A stretch of 64,000 nucleotides of DNA from NCBI RefSeq assembly GCF_018350175.1, contig NC_058368.1, forward strand, positions 30,878,001-30,942,000, written 5' to 3'. This document shows, piece after piece, positions 35,056 to 48,610 of this stretch. The position numbers and the translations under genes were made by a program. The stretch comes from Felis catus. Taxonomy: Eukaryota. Each line of letters opens with the position of its first letter. Within the stretch, counting starts at the first letter, position 1. The notes under the pieces were generated by a model. That model was not told the DNA's origin and searched no databases. It saw only the letters and a program-made list of their open reading frames with translations.

Positions 35056-38000
35056 CTCCAAATGAGGCGGGTTAGAGGGTCATCACAGAGAAAAGACACA
35101 GACCCTTGCCTTCCTTATCTGATGTTCTAGCAGCTTTTTGTTTGTGAGCCCTTTTCAATTTGTGGTTTGCCTTTATTCAATTTCCAGAACCCAAAAGTGG
35201 TTGTTTTTGACAATTTGGTGAAATGTTATACTTTTGTTGCTGCAATGGGGAGTTGCCAGTCTTTTCCCTCTACCATAGATTGGTTGATTTCAATATTGAA
35301 TGAATGTGTTTTTGAGGGAGAATATTACCGTGGCGAAGAGTCTATCTGATGTGCTGTAATGAGCAATGGATTAAGACTCAGAACATACTCACCCTGGTGA
35401 TATTATTAGTAAATTTGAAGTGTTGAGTGGATGACTTAATCTATTTAAGGGCTCCATTTTCTTTTATGTAAATAGTGACATTATAGATACCTAGGATGCT
35501 TTTTGGAATTTAAATATAAATTAGAGAATAAAATTATCTGTTTCAAGTTTGTTTTACTATAATTTATAAAATGCCTCAGAATTTTGACTATATAGGCTTT
35601 GACACGTTTTAAATAATTAAAGTCTGGAAAATAATATGTACATATTGTTTACCTTGAAGTTATTCATCCAGTAATTAATTTTAATTCCATCCTTAATCAT
35701 ATTTCATAGGATTTTAGAATCTTAAGAGAAGAAGTAAATTTATTATTAGATTTATTTCTTCTTCTATTATTCTACAAATTATGAATTATTTGCTATTTGT
35801 CTTTCTTTTTCAGCCTAAATAGCCTTGTTAGACATTGACCTTACTTTCCATCTGGGAAATAACTACAAATCTGTTTCAGTATTGTAGAATGTTTCATTTC
35901 ACCCCTTGAAGAAAAATAGGGCTTAGGGGAAATTTTTGCTCAAGTGTTAGAGCAACTAAAGAGCTATGGCTGAATATAAATTGCATTAGAAATTTCCTTC
36001 AAGTATTTTCTACCTGCCACACTCTGGATTTTGGAAAAGTAACTACTGTTTACCATGACTTAATTTCCCCCTTCCTGTAATGAACGTAAGGAGTGAATCT
36101 TTTCATACTGGTAAAATTTAGAATTGGGAGGGAAGGTATTGGTATAAAACCCACAAGAATTGTTAAGCCCCACTGAACCTCGTGGGGGATACAGACACAC
36201 ATTCTGATTTCTATGAAAACATCATTGTATACTCTATCTATCTATAAAACTGCTGATTATGAAACACTTGAATATGACAAAAACCACATCTGCAAATTTA
36301 TTTAATCAAGTCCAGATTGAAAGGAAGACAAGAAAACTTTAGGATGTTTTATAATACTCTTTTGTACACATCTTTCCCAGCGAACTACAGGTAAATGGCA
36401 CCAATTGTGTGTGCTTTCCCCAGATTTTCTGAAGACTGGCGGCTTTGAGGTTGCACAGATGGGCAACATGCCAAAACCTTAGAAGACACATCAGTCATGT
36501 GAATTTATAGTACATGGCAAACATAGCATTTAACACTAGAAAGACAAAAATCAACATTTAATGTCACTTCTCTACAATTTTTCTCCATTTATTTCTGAAG
36601 TATCTTTATCTTAACTCCTAAATAGATTCATTTCAGGGCACCTAAGGTGTTCTTAAAACAAAGACTCTCTTTACCCATTCTTCAGCAGTTGTGTCTTTTC
36701 CTTGTGTTTAACAAATCAAACAAACACAAGCAGAGTGGGTCCAGTTTCATCTAGGCAGTGATTTCGATACAATTCTTCACACCTGTAACAGCCATTTCTC
36801 AGTGAGGGTTTCAAAAGGTATTAAGATCAGAATGGCCACCATTCCAATTTTCTTCACAAACTTGACTTGTTAGTTTGTATAGATTGCCATATGGCTGTAG
36901 CCTATATCCAAATATTAATTCAGTTGTGGTAGAAATTTACTGAGCTTAATTTCCAGTGAGTCCTCTGATAGTGTAGAGAAAACAAAAACAAGAAACAAAA
37001 CCTTCCCTTAGGGGAGCATAGTAATTCTCTAACAATAGCATAATATTACTTTGTAGACCTTGTTACTTACCTAGATGAAGGAAAAGTTCTTAATGTCGTG
37101 TATATACTTCACTTACAAAATATTACTTACAATAATAATTTCAAAATTATTACTGTACTTTTGAGTTTATTCTCTGTCTGCCTCCCGAATTAACAGTAAA
37201 CAAATGGCTTCCATAATTTACAAAACTAAAGTCTTAGATTGCTTTTCTTTGGAGTATAAATCTTTAAAGATATTTCTATATTGTAAAGTCAAGAAGTGTT
37301 GCAGACTGAGAAAGAAGGCACTTTGACTTGGTGACACTCTAAACCCTGGTCTACTTTGTTATTTTCATATTTAAGAGGTAATTCTTAGAAGTGTTTATTC
37401 TCCCCACTTAATTAAAATTGAAAATTGTCTTTAAATACTGGCTTGTAAGAAGGCTTCTACACCTTAAAACACCCATTTCACACGAGCACTGACAAAGTTT
37501 TATGCAAATTAATAAACAAGAGAACAAAATCTGCCATTATACGTACCATTCTGACAATTGTTTAGATAATTCAATTTTACTCTTTTAGCATATTGAACAA
37601 TTATCTTCTTGAGTAGCTAACTGTACTACAAAGCTCCTGGGCTCATGAGATTGGTATTTAGAATTAGAAAACCAGTACTTCAACAATAGCTGCCACTGAT
37701 AAAGCTAATTTCTTTATTTATTACGCTATCATCTTGGAAATTAAAAGGGAAGGCATTACAGTGCAATGAAAAGCACAAATGCCATTTGTATTTTGTAAAT
37801 CTTATTATATAACATTCAGTAAAGCCTGAGTACAGTTACCACTCATGTCCAGATATCACTTAGAAGCAACCTTAACAACCTGACAATACTTTCATAAAGG
37901 GGAAGAGAGTATGTGGACCAAAATAACCTTTGTAGTGAAAAAAAAGCAAGAGCTCCCCTGACCTAAAATGATTTCTCCTATTTTAGACTACTCATAATAA

Positions 38001-38699
38001 AAATCTTCACCAAACTTTCTAGTTCAGAGAAGAGTACAAAGAGTAAATTCCTTGAGATGGACTGCCTAGAATTAGCAATATTCAGTATCTAATGTCACCA
38101 GTGTCTATAATTACACAGCGTTTTATAGTTTTAGCAATGCTTTCGTGGATTTTATTTGCTTCTCAGAGCCATTTTGTGGGGGAAAAAATTACATGGGATC
38201 TTTACTGTTGAGATGACTTGCCTTAACCTCTTATTTCAACAATTTACACAGTTATATACATATTAACTGAAACAAGGACCTTGGTATTTTTGGTTTTTAT
38301 TTTTAATCAATTCCGTATTTATTTCACTAGACCAACAAAGCAAGAAGTCATGCTATACAGCCTAACATTAAGAGAGGAGAATGAAAATGTCAGTAAATTT
38401 CAAAACCCAAACAAACATCATACACCTACACACACACATCCCCTTCTAGAGATCGAGTGGAGATAGACATCTCCATGCACCTAATTCCATCAATAAAAAT
38501 TCCAATTCCATAGCATCAAATTCCAGCAATAAAAATAAAAGTTAATGTACCTCATGATGATTGAGCCTTTAGGGGTAGATTAAATTATTAAGATTTCTCA
38601 ATTTAAGAAAATAGTGAAGAACACATTTTAGAAAGATTTCCATATAAATTGTTACTAAAGATAAAATTTGGATACAGTAAATGAAATCTTCTTCTCTCT

Positions 38700-39550
38700 G
38701 CCACGTGTGGTTTTGCCCGTCATCAGTGACCTCTCATTTTGTCAATTCCAGTAAATAGCGCTTTAGCTTTACCCTACTCCTCGATTTCAATAGCCTTAGA
38801 TTCAGCTCTTTCTCCTTGAAATACTTTTTTAAGTAAAAATCTCCGTTACTCTGTTTTATTGAATGCTCGTTTACCTCCCTCCCTGCCCGATGGGAGATCC
38901 TCCACTTTGACCACTAAATATTGAAGGAAACAGGGTGTTTGTCCTAAGCTGTGTCTTATCTGGACTCTCTCAAGGCATGTTCACTTATTACCAAGCTTTC
39001 GGTGATGAAAGTTCAAAAATTTGTATCTCCCGGGCAGACTTGGTTGTGTACTAAGAATTCTATACAGATTGTAAGATTTCCAGGTCCCACACTCAGGCAA
39101 ACTTTCCAACATATTTCATTCTCACTGAAGTTATTCTTTTTCTTCCTAGAACTGAATAAAATGTTCTCCCCCATGTCAGGACCATTGTACTCACTTTGGC
39201 TTCTGGGATGTCTGTATTCAGAACATGCTTCATGGGATCTTTTTATGATCTGGCCTTACATACTAGTTTAAATGGTCTCTTAAGTGATAGATTATCCTGA
39301 CAAGCCCTATGGTTGTCCCTAGCAATCTCCATCACAGCAGACTTTTTGTTTCTACATAGGATGCATACACACACACACACAGTCACATACACACGGTCTA
39401 GAATTATGTAATGTACTGTTTCATCAGGTACGGATGTTAAGCTCCTTGGATAGGAATATTAACTGTCTCATTTTCCATTTTATCACTGGCACATATCCTA
39501 CAGTAGCTATTAAATATATAGTTGGCAAAAAAAAAATGAGTGAATGAAAG
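38700..39550 (+). mobile_element. L2 LINE (RT region to 3' end), degraded
   Basis: catcagtgacctctcattttgtcaattccagt...tctccttgaaatact...; tail gttaagctccttggatagg...taaatatatagttgg...tgagtgaatgaa. Confidence 0.7.
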
Positions 39551-41407
39551 ATTTCATGATTGGCTAACTAAAGAGTGATGTGGCCCTTAATGGAAAGACA
39601 GAGAACTGCACAACTAAATGTATTTCTTAAGGAAAGGAATATGCTGGATTTTATGTTAATTGAGGAAATATATGCAAAAATATGGAAGAAAAGTTTAAAA
39701 TCACACCAGGAGCTCAATAATAAAATTAGGACTAGAGATGTATATTTGGCAATTATTTATATAAAAGTGACAGCTGAATGTAGCTGAAATTGGCTAGGAA
39801 GAAAAACCAGAAAGAGAAGAATAAGTTCCATGCTTATGAAAAACTCATTTAGAAGGCATAGGAGTTTGAAGAGGAGTGAGAAAAGTAGAGAAGGAAGAAA
39901 ATTGTATTAGTACTGTAATTTGTATGGAGAGGTGTTTGTTACTCTCAGGAAGTATAGTTTTCTGCTTTACCCACAATTAAACTCACCGAATATTTTACAA
40001 CCAAGATAAACTCAGTCAAACCTTGGAGGGGGGCATAAGCAGAAATCAGAGTATCTAGAGGCTAAGTTTTTGGGCTGTCTTAGAACTAGAAGATGCAGCT
40101 GCTCCTGTTCCTGTAAATATTAGGAGCTAAAACTTGTTCAGCAGCTTTCTCGAAGTCTTCTATTAAGACTTCTCAGCCAAATAAAGGGATATACCCTGGT
40201 TCAGATATCAGACTCAGGGTACATTGCTTTACAAAATGCTTATTTCACAGAGTGGGAAGATAGCCATTCCTCACTGCAGTGATGGAAAGAGGGATAAGTC
40301 AAGCAAAGGCAGCAGTAATTTATGACCATCTTAGGAAATTGTACTGTTAATGAAGTGACAAGCCTGGATGGCCAAAGCCTGTGATTGTTTCATCCCCAGA
40401 GCCAACTTCACTCCCTCCAGTGTGCTTTAGTAGGAAAGACCCTCTCCAAACGAGAGCCCCCAACTAATTGTGATTCGGTGTCAGCCTCGAGTAACAAGAT
40501 GGGAGGAACATGGGAATGTCAATGAGTATGTGGTCATGCTAGGATGGATCACTAACTATGGGATTTAAAATTCAGAACTGCAGTTTTAGATTGTATTTTT
40601 GATAGAAACTTAGGCTTTGCTTTTACATCTACACTAGCTTTCAAATTTTACAGGTTGTTAAACCTATACAGTGCCTTTCTTAGCGTTTTACTTTTTGAAG
40701 TGATTTATTATTTGTCTCTTGCTATTGATGGGAATCATCCATAGGAGGTCGTATGCAAGTCCCAGCTTAAAGAGTCTTGATTGTGGATGGTTTCATGGTT
40801 ATTCAGTGCGTAGACACTGGGTAATATGTTTGTTTCTCAGTTCATGAGTTTTACGACCTGTAGATAACACATTTGCAGATTTCCTCACTACACTGTGCAG
40901 TGTTAAGTTTGAAAAGTTCTCTATTTTAACATGTGTGTTCAGATTAGACTATTGGAAATAAAATGTGTAATTCATGCTTATGGTTAACACATAACCTGTA
41001 AGTTGAACTTAGAACATAAGTTTTATCACACAAAGCATTTATGCTGTGCTTACTACTGTCTGTCATTGTTTTAAGGGTTATATGTGTTTTTCTGACTACT
41101 AATGTGGGGAGCCACTTTAAATGCTCTACTGTTTTTACAATTGCAGCATGATACAGGCATTAACATTTATGCTAGAACCAGCATATGTAAGCTGCCTCAT
41201 CAGTCGTGCAACATGTATATGGCTAGAACTCCTGACCAGTTTGTCTGAATGTTTACTCTTTGTTTCTAGACTGCAAAGAATTCTCTTTTTCTTCTGTATC
41301 TCACAATATTCCATCTAGCATTGTTATATGTTTGAGGGAGAAGAGGAGATCTTGCCATCTGCTAAGTCCACCTTCCTGTCCAGGATTTCAGGTAGAAATA
41401 TGAAGTA

Positions 41408-41619
41408 GGGGCACCTGAGTGTCTTAGTCGGTTAAGCGTCCGACTTCAGCTCAGGACACGATCTCGTGGTTTGTGAGTTCGAGCCCCGCGTTGGACTCTG
41501 TGCTGACAGCTCAGAGCCTGGAGCCTGCTTCAGATTCTGTGCCTCCCCCTCTCTCTGCCCCTTCCCCACTTGCACTCTGTCTCTCTCTCAAAAATTAATA
41601 AAACATTAAAAAATAAAAA
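41408..41619 (+). mobile_element. Can-SINE
   Basis: Perfect TSD agaaatatgaagta at 41394-41407 and 41620-41633. Confidence 0.97.
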
Positions 41620-41639
41620 AGAAATATGAAGTAAAAGTG

Positions 41640-42125
41640 AAGGGAATAGAAAATAGTTCCAGATGTCCCAAATAATTTTTAAGAAATCCAAAGGAGGAAG
41701 CAGGAGGTAAAGGATGAAAATGCTAGACTTGACAAAATAGCTATCAAGAATTTTAAGGATACAAGCAAGACATGAGATCAATGCCAGGATCGATAAAAGC
41801 AAACCCACACCCTAACCACAGCTTGATGAAACTTTAATGAATCAAAGATAAAGATGAAATGCTAAGAGGTATCAGAAGGGGAGCTAAGTCACCATAAAGA
41901 AATGAGAAACAGAATAATATCAGAAACAATAGATGCAATAAGACACAAGAGATAATATCTCCAAAGTGCTAAGGAAAAATAACTTTTAACTTGAGGTTCA
42001 TAATCCACAACTACTATTCAAAAGTGAAGATAAAATAAATATGCCTTTAGGCATACAAAAATTCATAAAATTGACCAATAATGGACTTTTGCCTAACCAA
42101 ATACTGAAAAATGCACTTCTTTAAG
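41640..42125 (+). mobile_element. Old L1/HAL1 ORF1 C-terminal fragment
   Basis: A-rich aaacccacaccctaaccac...tctccaaagtgctaaggaaaaataacttttaac...ctattcaaaagtgaagataaaataaat typical of L1 ORF1 3' half. Confidence 0.6.
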
Positions 42126-42143
42126 AAAATTAAAAACTAAATA

Positions 42144-42351
42144 GGGGCGCCTGGGTGGGTCAGTCGGTTGAGAGTCTGACTTCGGCTCAGGTCATGATCT
42201 CGCAGCTCGTGAGTTCGAACCCCGCATCGGGCTCTGTGCTGATAGCTCAGAGCCTGGAGCCTGCTTCTGCTTCTGTGTCTCCCTCTCTCTCTGCCCCTAA
42301 CCCACTCGCATTCTGTCTCTGTCTCTCTCAAAAATAAATAAACATTAAAAA
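42144..42351 (+). mobile_element. Young Can-SINE
   Basis: CpG-rich; perfect TSD aaaattaaaaactaaata at 42126-42143 and 42352-42369. Confidence 0.98.
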
Positions 42352-42409
42352 AAAATTAAAAACTAAATAAATTAGTTGATGCAAGAACCAGTAAGTCATT
42401 CTGGGTAAA

Positions 42410-42526
42410 AGCTATGTATGGTGACAGAAGCTAGACATTGTGGTGATCATTTTATAATGTATGTAAATACCAAATCACTATTTTGTACACCCAAAGCGTA
42501 TATAATGTATGTCAGTTATACTTAAA
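42410..42526 (+). mobile_element. Tiny L1 3' end insertion
   Basis: tatgtatggtgacaga...tgtggtgatcattttataatgtat...tttgtacacc...gtcagttatacttaaa; flanked by tcattctgg on both sides. Confidence 0.7.
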
Positions 42527-43024
42527 TTCATTCTGGCAAATTTAAGTTAAAGATATGTGTGCGTATGCACATAACACCGTGTAATACTTCTATGACCTTA
42601 TTAAAAATTTGGAAATAATAGATGGTGAGAAAGGATCATGCTGAAGTAAATAAGAACCTGTTATGAGTCCTATATTGTTTGGGAAATGGTTAGCTCATAA
42701 TTATCAGTATTGGAAAAATAGTTGGTTCCCTATCGCATATGATGAAAAAGTTTCCATAGAAATACGGAAAAAGAAAAATAATGAGTCATGGGATTATTTA
42801 TCTTGGATCCATCTGATCCATCCCTGCCATAGATTCCACTCAGCTGTCTGTCACTGGTACCTGGCTTCAGCTTTCAAATGAAACTTTGTTTATTGTTTTA
42901 ATGTTGTAGATTAAAAAAATTCTACTGTATACTGACCACATTGTAAGTATTCTTGCTTTCATGATCTGAGTAAAAACCCTTGTGACTGTAGTCACAAGAC
43001 CTTGATCTAAAGCCTGAGTTATCA

Positions 43025-43252
43025 GGAGCACTTCGGTGGCTCAGTGGGTTGAGGGTCTGACTGGACTCCGGCTCAGGTCATGATCGCACAGTTCGTGAGT
43101 TCGAGCCCCAAGTCAGGCTCAGTGCTAACAGCTCAGATTCTGGAGCCTGCTTGGGAATCTGTGTCTCCCTTTCTCTCTCTGCCCCACCCCTGTGCTTGCT
43201 CTCTCTCTCTCTCTCTCTCAAAAATAAGTAAGCATTAAAAATTAAAAAAAAA
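43025..43252 (+). mobile_element. Can-SINE
   Basis: Perfect TSD taaagcctgagttatcag at 43008-43025 and 43253-43270. Confidence 0.97.
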
Positions 43253-46061
43253 TAAAGCCTGAGTTATCAGATCTGATGCTAGTTGTATTACGTTATAAGA
43301 CAGGTAAGGATGCCTATCTCTGCATTTTCAAGGACCTCTAATATCCTATAACAATTGTCAATGAAAACCAAAACCCTCTTCTTTCATTTTAAAAGCTATC
43401 ACTGAACAAGAATAAAGCTTTTGACTTTAGGACCTTAAGGTGTAATGCCAAAAGCCTACTATTTGTCTCTCTGAACATACAGGCGGGAAAATAGATACCC
43501 TTTTATTGAAAATGCTGTGTTTTTATCTGACGTAGGACTTCTGCAATGCCTATCATTTAATGCACTTTGGTTTGCACTAATCCAATATGATGAAACCCCT
43601 TTGAGACTGTGACTGTGTCTATAAGAGCGTGGAAAAATCAAATTAGACCATAAAATTTGGCCCATTCAATTTACATTAAAAGAGAAAAATGTGCTAAGCA
43701 AGATTTTCTGTTGCATGTTTATTGTGGTGAGGCTTTGAAATTTTTGGAGGAGGTTTAATTGGTGAAGCTCTCAAAGATCGCTCATTGAATATGATTTAAA
43801 AAATATGAAATAATTTCATTTTTAAATCCATTCTGACAAAATACAATTAAAGTGAACAAAATAGAGGAAAAATAACAGATATTCTGGTCTTAGCCTCTTC
43901 AGTGCTGCAGAAACCTGATCGTCTTTCAGTTTATAAAGAGATAGTGTATGTGGCATTGATTGACCTTGAGGAATCATACCAACTTGTCTTGAGAGAAGTT
44001 GAAGATTATTTATGTTCACCACATGGCAGCATCAGTGTATGTTTTGATGTTTAATCATATGCTTCATAGCATGTTTTGCCCTTACCAAACATCTTTCCTT
44101 GAAAAACTTGAAATTCTGTCCATAGTTTCTGCCTAGTATATATATTAAGAAATTTGAGAAGCCAAGATGTAGTGAGGGAATTAATTTCCCTGTGGATGTC
44201 CAACAAGAGCCTAGTGAGGCTGCTATTCAGGATTCATTGCTAATGTTGGATCTTCCAGTCAATAATGGAGTTGAGAGTAAGATATAGGTCTCCCAAAAGG
44301 AAGAGCTTAACTACTAAGCCAAAGAGTGTTCTTAAGTGTTCTGTGGTTAGTGATTATCCTCTACTTGCCAGGATTTTGAAATAATCATTCTTCAGGATGA
44401 ATATTTGTGTAACAAGGGTGTATATGTGAGAAGCCATGGATGTGTGCAAAGTTACCCATTTTTTTTTGATTCCCAGAAGATTCTACATTTTTACTTATTA
44501 TTTCAAAAGGGTGTGTAACTTCCTAGCAAGTCAATAAAAAGTCATGGTCTGGAAATAGAATATAAAATATATTTTTCACATACCAGATGAAATATTCCAC
44601 CAATATTAATGTTGTAAGTTTGGCGAAGAGTCACAGTAAATGAAAGATGAGTATTTTTATATTCATTAGACCATTTTATCCAAAGTATTAGTTTAAGATA
44701 ATATTTCCATGGCTTGTACTATATTAAGACAGACGTTATGACCATCAAGGTCTCAGGTTCTATAGGAAGAGAATTCTTACATGTTTTCATCGCTACTCTA
44801 CTTGCAGACCTGTAAATTCTCACCCCTACCCCCACCACTGCCAAGGTATCATTTAGAAAATCTGGGTAGCTAATTGAGACAAAAGCCTTGATGTTTTAAC
44901 ATCTGGATGCTTACTTCACTTTTAATTCTCATTTTTTCATCTAAGTTGTCAAAATGTTCAATTCTACACACTGTCTTTTTTTAGATTATATATTCAAATA
45001 ATTTTGATGCAATTTATACAGAAACATACTTTATGGTATGACATAAAGAAGTAGGAAAAATGAAAATGAGAGTTAACTAAACCAGGATAAATTAGATGGA
45101 TTTATGACACAATGTGTCATCCAGTTGCTAGAGATCAACATCATATTTGGTTCTCTTATCCCTGGCAGCCCAGGAAAGAAGAAAACCTGGGCGGGCACAA
45201 GATTCAATGTCAGTGCAACAAAAATATACCAGTGGTTCGTTAAAGGTAAAACATTCTTTTGGGCCTGAGAATTAAAGGAATGAAACCTGGGATTTTCCAC
45301 AATGATGATACTCGTTAAGAGCCTCAAAAATGTACTCAGCAAAATCTCTATAAAGAAAGCCATACAACTATATAAAGCATGTCACAATTTTCCAGATTCC
45401 ATTGCCCTGGCAATGTAGACTAGACCATGATAACCCAGTTAAACTGTAATGCTGCTTAATGTTTGCAAATATACTATTCACTAAGGATGTCATTTCAAAT
45501 GTTATTTTGAAGAAAACAAATTACCTATCACGCATACATTTCCCCATCTCCCCCCCACCCACACACATCTGTGTAAATTTCTCATATTAAGACCAGAGTG
45601 CTTAAAATCAGAAGGTAATTAATAAGGTGCTAATATGCATGACATAATTTTCTCCAAGGGTGTGAGGTAATTTAGGACATAGATGTAGATCTCAGATATA
45701 GATATATACATATAGAATATAGAATTTTAATTAGATCTTAGAACTACACTAAAGCTTTCGCTAACATAAAATTTTTTACCTTGGTTGAAATGTTGCAAAA
45801 GTTTCCCTTAAAGTTTTGATTCCACCATACATATTTATTAAAATATAGAGTCATTATTTATAGGTATGTAAGCATTACACCTTATTATTTTTAACTATTT
45901 TAAGAACACAGGTAATTTCCATTAATCATTTATACAATTTTACTTAAAGAAAACCAAATTTATATAAGTTGGAAATCCTTTGTAACTTGACAAAACTTAA
46001 ATTACCTTTTATGTAATTTACATGATACTACAGATTTCCCAATGAGAGACATGCATAAAAT

Positions 46062-46438
46062 GTATGTTTCAGATAGAATAATGATGACTCCTCCAAAAAT
46101 GCCTGTGTCCCAATAGCTATAACCTGTGAATTTAGTAGATTACATGGAAAAAGGGAATTAAGGTGGCAAATGGAAGGAAGGTTATAAATCTGCTGACTTT
46201 AAGTAGGGAGAATATCCTGGATTATCCAGGTTGGCCCCGTGGTCATCACAGGGGTCTTTTAAAGTGGAAGTGGGTGGCAGAAGTGGTCGGAGTGATGCTT
46301 GATGAGAAAGAATCAAACTATCACTGTTGGTTTCAAAGATGGAGAAAGGGGGCCATGAGCCAGGGAATGTGGGCAGCTTCTATTGTATTAGAGGAGAAGG
46401 CAAAGAAACATATTCTGATGAGCTTCCAGAAAGGAATA
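46062..46438 (+). mobile_element. MaLR LTR (MLT1D-like), 3' end missing
   Basis: aacctgtgaat...tacatggaaaaagggaattaaggtggcaaatggaa...tatcctggattatccagg...aagggggccatgagccagggaatgtgggcagcttct...gagcttccagaaaggaa. Confidence 0.9.
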
Positions 46439-46629
46439 ATTTTTTGTTTTTTTTAACCACAAAATTTATACTGATTTTGTATATCAGCATTAAAAAACAT
46501 ACAGTATGCTTCATAAAATATAGCCGGATGCCTCATGTCTATAATTTTTATATTTGTCTGTAGCAAGAAGATCTCCAAGGATGATAATACACATTTCCTG
46601 CATGGGTAGTATAGCATATAGATAAGCAT

Positions 46630-47230
46630 ATAGACAGTTTGCTTTCATGCCTGAATTAAGTTTTTATATCAACTTCCTCACTTTTGATGATGGAGAAACT
46701 CTTTCATTGGATCTCCGAATATTCTACCATGAAAATTAAATAATAATGTTCATTCATCATTCTATCACCAGACTTAAATCATTCCATTTGAATCTTTGGA
46801 TACTCAAAAACTAGGTTTTTTTCAGAAACACCTAAAGATCTTCTGTTAGTTTCAGGGGGCTACAATTTTAATATTGAAAATGTTTCAAAAGGAAATGTAG
46901 ATTTTAGGGTTGTTATTGATTTAATGGCATTTGATATCTCCACAATCAAAGAGCATTTTTTCAGACATGAAAAAAAGAAATTGAATAATAATTCTGGGTC
47001 TTAAGTCACTAGAGAAGTATATCTCATTGAAATATTGTGAATATTTTGGTCCTAACTTTACTGCTACCTGACACTTGGGTATTAATGTTCGCCCCTAGTG
47101 ATTTTTTTTTAAACCCAAATGATAATTCAACTTCTTTCTGATGATTTCAATATGTATCTATAAAAGAACTGAGTGATTTGGTCTAAATGATGTGTCATTA
47201 TGTGGTAAAACTACAGAAACTCTAAAGAGA
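46630..47230 (+). mobile_element. Possible ancient non-L1 LINE reverse-transcriptase remnant (CR1/L3 or RTE-X-like)
   Basis: Ordered decayed RT-like motifs: N*VFISTSSLLMMEKL, QKLGF, IENVSKGNVDFRVVIDLMAFDIS, ..ND..LSDD. Confidence 0.4.
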
Positions 47231-48089
47231 CTTTCTCTTATCTGCTTGTGCCGTTATTAATCTGGAAATTTGCATGATAAAGAAAATTATAATTAAGTGA
47301 AAAAAATGTATCACCCTCTTGCATGAATGCTTGCAGTAAGAAAACAATCAAGGGGAAACAAATCAGACAAAAACAGAACATCAACAGTAAAGGAGACAAA
47401 AAGGGTGGGAGAGATAATTATTTATTCACAGATAGATAAATAAAATAAGGAAAGCAAAAGAGCAGATGGAAAAAAAAAAAAAGTCCAGCAAACAGGCTAA
47501 CAATGCACTAGTCCCGGAGATGTTCTTTGCCTCCATTGAGACAAATTCTCCTCACTTTTCTCTCAGGTCTAAATGAAGGAATGATATTAGCTCTGAAGTT
47601 GTTTTTGTCTCAGATAACCTTAGGAAAGACTTTCCCCTGCTTTTAAAATCCATCCTGTGGGACAAAAGGAGGTGCATTGCTTAGTACTTTTCACCATTAA
47701 ACTTAGAAAAATCTACTCTTTACACAAATGGATATAGATATAATTTTAGCTTCAGTCTTTGGAGAAAGCAAAGTAAGACCAAGCTGTCATGTTTAAAGTT
47801 GATCAGAATTGATAAATCCAGTAATTCTAATCAAGTGCAAATAAATTTCAAATATACAAATTCCAAATGCCTTTGATGCTACTTTGTAAGTGAGGCTACT
47901 TTCTAAGTAATAATTCATTTGTAGGACTAAGGATATACATTCTGTGAAGGCGTAATCATGCCCCTTTACCCTGCACACAGTGATGGAAATAGCTATTTCT
48001 TAGCCAAGTGATCTCTTTCCCTGAAGATACGAGTTACCCGAAAGCAACTCTGCTTTTGTAATGGTCAAGTCACCCCCTCTTCCTCAACG

Positions 48090-48610
48090 TGGTCCCTGTC
48101 ATTTCTCATCGTCAATTCTTCTTGCATGAAGTGTTCTAATATGTCCCCAAATGGCCCTTAGTCTCTATTTTACTCCCGTGCAATATGATTTCCACACTTC
48201 TTTCAGACTAATCTTTCGAAAGGACAAATCTGGATGTTTATTTTCCCTGCTTGAAGTTCAAGTGCCTTCAGCTCCCATTGCCTTCAGCTTTTACTCCAAA
48301 CACGGTGGCATAGCCATGTAAAACCTGTATCACGTAACTCCTTCCTGTGATTCCCTTTACACAACAGCCTTCCTCTAGCCACACTGTATTTCTACAGGGC
48401 CATACTATTCAGTGCATTCATTCACTCAACACTTACTGAACATATTCTCTAATAACTTTTATGTCCTTGATATGCTCTACGTCCTGCAACACGTGGTTGT
48501 CCCTTTGTCTACTTGACAAGTTTGCTCTAATTCTTTAAACCTGAGTTGAAATGTCACCTGCCTAGTGATTAGTTCCTCATACTCATCTTGACCTCCAGGC
48601 AGAGGGTGTG
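48090..48610 (+). mobile_element. L2 LINE fragment
   Basis: ttccacacttctttcagactaatctttcgaaaggacaaatctgg...cttcagctcccattgccttcag...ctgagttgaaatgtcacctgcc. Confidence 0.7.

Larger units (their letters stand above)
29950..35280 (-). mobile_element. Old fragmented L1M element (ORF2 to 5' UTR) carrying several nested insertions
   Basis: ORF 29936-30118 (KWSQIPCS..LNIKTVILPKMSYRF) and 32070-32375 (LETHKLPKLTQEKTENLNRP) match L1 ORF2; 5' UTR-like caatttccagaacccaaaagtggttgtttttgacaattt near 35180-35215. Confidence 0.75.

Noticed and set aside
42979..42998. Perfect 9-bp hairpin cttgtgact-gt-agtcacaag
   Set aside because: A single short inverted repeat is expected by chance in 64 kb and has no supporting context
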